64,000 bases of DNA from Candidatus Poribacteria bacterium (GTDB taxonomy: Bacteria > Poribacteria > WGA-4E > PCPOR2b). The stretch is taken from assembly GCA_965116925.1 (NCBI GenBank), contig OZ220744.1, positions 3,296,001-3,360,000 of the forward strand, given 5' to 3'. Position 1 is the first letter of the stretch. Every line of letters starts with the position of its first letter. The position numbers and the translations under genes are program-made. This document shows positions 61,595 to 64,000 of this stretch, piece after piece. The notes beneath the pieces were generated by a model. The model had not been told where the DNA came from and did no database searches. It saw only the letters and a program-made list of their open reading frames with translations.

Positions 61595-61939
61595 TGGTGT
61601 GCGGCACGATAGAAACCAACCCCCTATACCCGTAGGTTGGGCCTCCCCGGTCCCGCCTGTTCCGATTTATCGGAGATTTATCGAGGATTCATCGGGGTAG
61701 AGGGCAATGTGTGTCGCAGAGGATGTCTAATCCAAATCCTTAAAGCCCCAGAGGGGCGATATGTCTATAGCAATGCCAAATCCCCGTATACCCCAAGCCC
61801 CAGAGGGGCGACATGTGTGTCGTCTATTTGATTATCTCTAATAGGCGTTGGATCTAGAAACTTGATTCTTTCAATGCAGCATCCACCGATGATATGGTAA
61901 AATATCAGAATGTGACTGGTACAACCATTCGATTTGCTG

Positions 61940-62938
61940 CAAATAAGAAAATGGTCTTGTTATGAACGCATCAAAAGAGACCAAAATTCCGTGTAATTAA
62001 TTTCTAACTTTAACTGCCCCCTTGGCAAAATCTAACAAAATCTAACACTTTTACGATTTACGCTGCCAACCGCAGCTGCTCCGTTCCGAGAGTTTTTAAC
62101 TTGCATCCCGCCTGTCCCGGTCATCGGGGATTTATCGGGCGGAGCGCAATGTGTGTCGCAGAGGAGGTCTAATCCAAGTCTTAAAGCCCCAGAGGGGCGA
62201 CATGTCTATAGCAATGCCGAATCTCTACACCTCCAAAGCCCCAGAGGGGCGACATGTGTATCGTAAATGTGGCTATTTCTCATGGGTGTCGAGTATGAAA
62301 ACTCAATCTACAGGTTGTCTAGCAACTTGCGTTATATATAACCTAAGTTGCTAGTCGTTGAAAGTCCATCGTTTTTTGCCGGGGCGGGGGCTCCCCGACC
62401 ATCTGGCAGGCCCTTTGTCTTCCGCTCCAGAGGAGCGATATGTCTATAGAACCGCAATAGGATGGATATCCGCGCTCCAGAGGAGCGCAATGTGTATAGC
62501 TAGGGTCAAACTGCCGATAAATCGAAGTCCTAAGAACGGATTGGCGAAGTCGGAGCCGAGCAGGTTTTATAACTAGCAACTTGCGTTCAAATAAGAAAAT
62601 GGTCTTGTTATGAACGCATCAAAAGAGAGCAAAATAGAGAGCAAAATTCCGTGTAATTATAGTGAATTCAAAAAATAAATAAACACTTGCGCCCCCCATG
62701 TTTGGTAGGCGCTGTTTTCAACTGCGCCGATTTGGAGTGTCTCATTAATTCTAACATCTACTATAATTCTATAGGACTTACACAGCCAACTGTAGGCGGG
62801 GCATCCTGCCCCGCAACACCTGTCGAGAATCGGAATTCTCTCCGACTACATAAGTCCTAACTTTAACGGCACCCTTGGCAAAATCTAACAAAATCTAACA
62901 CTTTTAGGATTTACGCTGCCAACCGTAGGTGCTCCGTT
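61940..62938. repeat. Local direct duplication (61940-62085 and 62588-62938); the second copy is interrupted by MITE A (62658-62765) and MITE D (62772-62859)
   Basis: AAATAAGAAAATGGTCTTGTTATGAACGCATCAAAAGAGA...CTTGGCAAAATCTAACAAAATCTAACACTTTT is present in both copies. Confidence 0.85.
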
Positions 62939-62973
62939 TCTAGTTTAATCGTCTTCCAGCATTAGGGACAGAG

Positions 62974-64000
62974 ATGGCAAAGAAAAAGACGAAAAAACAA
63001 CGCAAAAGACATCGCCTAAACGCAAATCCCAAGCGTCAAGCAAATGATTCGCTAAGAGGCTACTATTATCAACTCTTGCACAGTGTGCATGCTTGGCTAA
63101 GCCTTGCTGATGATGAGATCCTCTACCTGGAAGGTGCAGAAGACTTTGATAGAATATCGCCTGAAACTGCTACAGCAACACAGGTCAAAGACACACAACA
63201 CAACATCACACTCAGATTTCAGGAGGTGATTGACGCGATCAACCACTATTGGGAATTGCAAGATAACCATCGTGATATGAGTGTGAAGTTCCGTTTTCTC
63301 ACACGCTCCCAAATAGGTGTGGAACGAGGAAACCCATTTGGAGAAGGGCAAGCCGGGCTTCATGTGTGGAAACGTTGTTCGGGTGACGAGGCAACTATCA
63401 CAAAAATTTCCGAATTTTTACAAACTGAGGAAAGAATATCAAAGAAAGTAACCGATTTTCTCAAAGGGGCAGGACCTCAACAAATTTATAAACAACTCAT
63501 TGAACCTATTACTTGGGAAACGGACAGCAAGGAAGCTAGTTATGTTGCAGAATCCATAAAAGCAAAACTAATTCTTCATGGCGATCGACAAATTATTCCG
63601 ATCCCCCCCTCTGATTCCGAGAAAGTTGTTGATTCTCTTCTCGCGGAAGCCTGGAAGGTCGCAACCCAAAAAGAGAACCGCTTGCTCACCCGAGTGCGCT
63701 TTCTTGAAATTTTCTGGGCACAAGTAACTAAAACGATCTCGGCTCAGCAGTGGCGACACTATCAACAAATGCTAGCTGCAACAAAGAGTTCTGGCGGGGC
63801 AGGATTCATCGGAGGCTCATCCGATATTACTATTCAATCTCAGTCTCCCATACAAACTGCTATACCTCCGCTCTATCGCGATGTTGTTCCAAGACGAGAA
63901 CTGCTTGAGAGCATCCAAACTATACTTCAATCAGAGGGAATTGCTGTCCTCCAAGGGGGGACGGGAAGAGGAAAAACAACCCTTGCAAACTTGACAGCAA
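62974..64000 (+). CDS. Cap4/DUF4297-like nuclease plus P-loop NTPase (Avs/STAND-like), truncated by the window end
   Basis: Translated by hand and open to 64000; SLRGYYYQ...EGAEDFD...QVK nuclease pattern; Walker A GGTGRGKT near 63955-63978. Confidence 0.75.
   Translation, partial: MAKKKTKKQRKRHRLNANPKRQANDSLRGYYYQLLHSVHAWLSLADDEILYLEGAEDFDRISPETATATQVKDTQHNITLRFQEVIDAINHYWELQDNHRDMSVKFRFLTRSQIGVERGNPFGEGQAGLHVWKRCSGDEATITKISEFLQTEERISKKVTDFLKGAGPQQIYKQLIEPITWETDSKEASYVAESIKAKLILHGDRQIIPIPPSDSEKVVDSLLAEAWKVATQKENRLLTRVRFLEIFWAQVTKTISAQQWRHYQQMLAATKSSGGAGFIGGSSDITIQSQSPIQTAIPPLYRDVVPRRELLESIQTILQSEGIAVLQGGTGRGKTTLANLTA

Noticed and set aside
61600..62520. Recurrent GCCCCAGAGGGGCGACATGT units resembling a CRISPR array
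   Set aside because: Units are degenerate, irregularly spaced and dispersed elsewhere (15371, 58800); the intervening sequences resemble each other; no cas genes are present
1..64000. tRNA, rRNA, or an autonomous transposase/RAYT gene for the repeats
   Set aside because: None was recognised by eye; a covariance-model scan would be needed to exclude small RNAs

Overview
A bacterial chromosomal region, probably from a Candidatus Poribacteria-like organism. This taxonomic call is an inference from the C-terminal 'V.x.GK...WG.LK' motif on two TolB-like proteins and from the gene content. The + strand carries dnaE, ftsX, a MoxR ATPase, many catabolic enzymes, phoX, ureEFG, pcm and a GH3 hydrolase. 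The main accessory feature is a ~14 kb minus-strand type I R-M island (24134-38494): AlbA_2/HATPase gene, hsdM, 79-aa ORF, hsdS, SEFIR/TIR gene, MORC-like ATPase fused to a histidine kinase, receiver-domain protein, hsdR. The spacers in this island hold degenerate relics of the island's own gene ends, and hsdM carries an in-frame palindromic REP-like insertion. Other defence-type loci are an SfiI-family type II R-M pair, an MNT-HEPN toxin-antitoxin pair and a truncated Cap4-like nuclease/P-loop NTPase (Avs-like) gene at the right edge that the ORF track omits. Intergenic DNA is dense with several nested MITE-like families, GTAG-REP hairpins and AATGAAC(C/T) octamer repeats. One local duplication shows an empty and a filled MITE site side by side. 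A stand-alone annealase-like gene with an SSB-like tail has a long structured leader, and there is an unannotated 34-aa basic ORF. All product calls come from motif recognition by eye; no searches were run.
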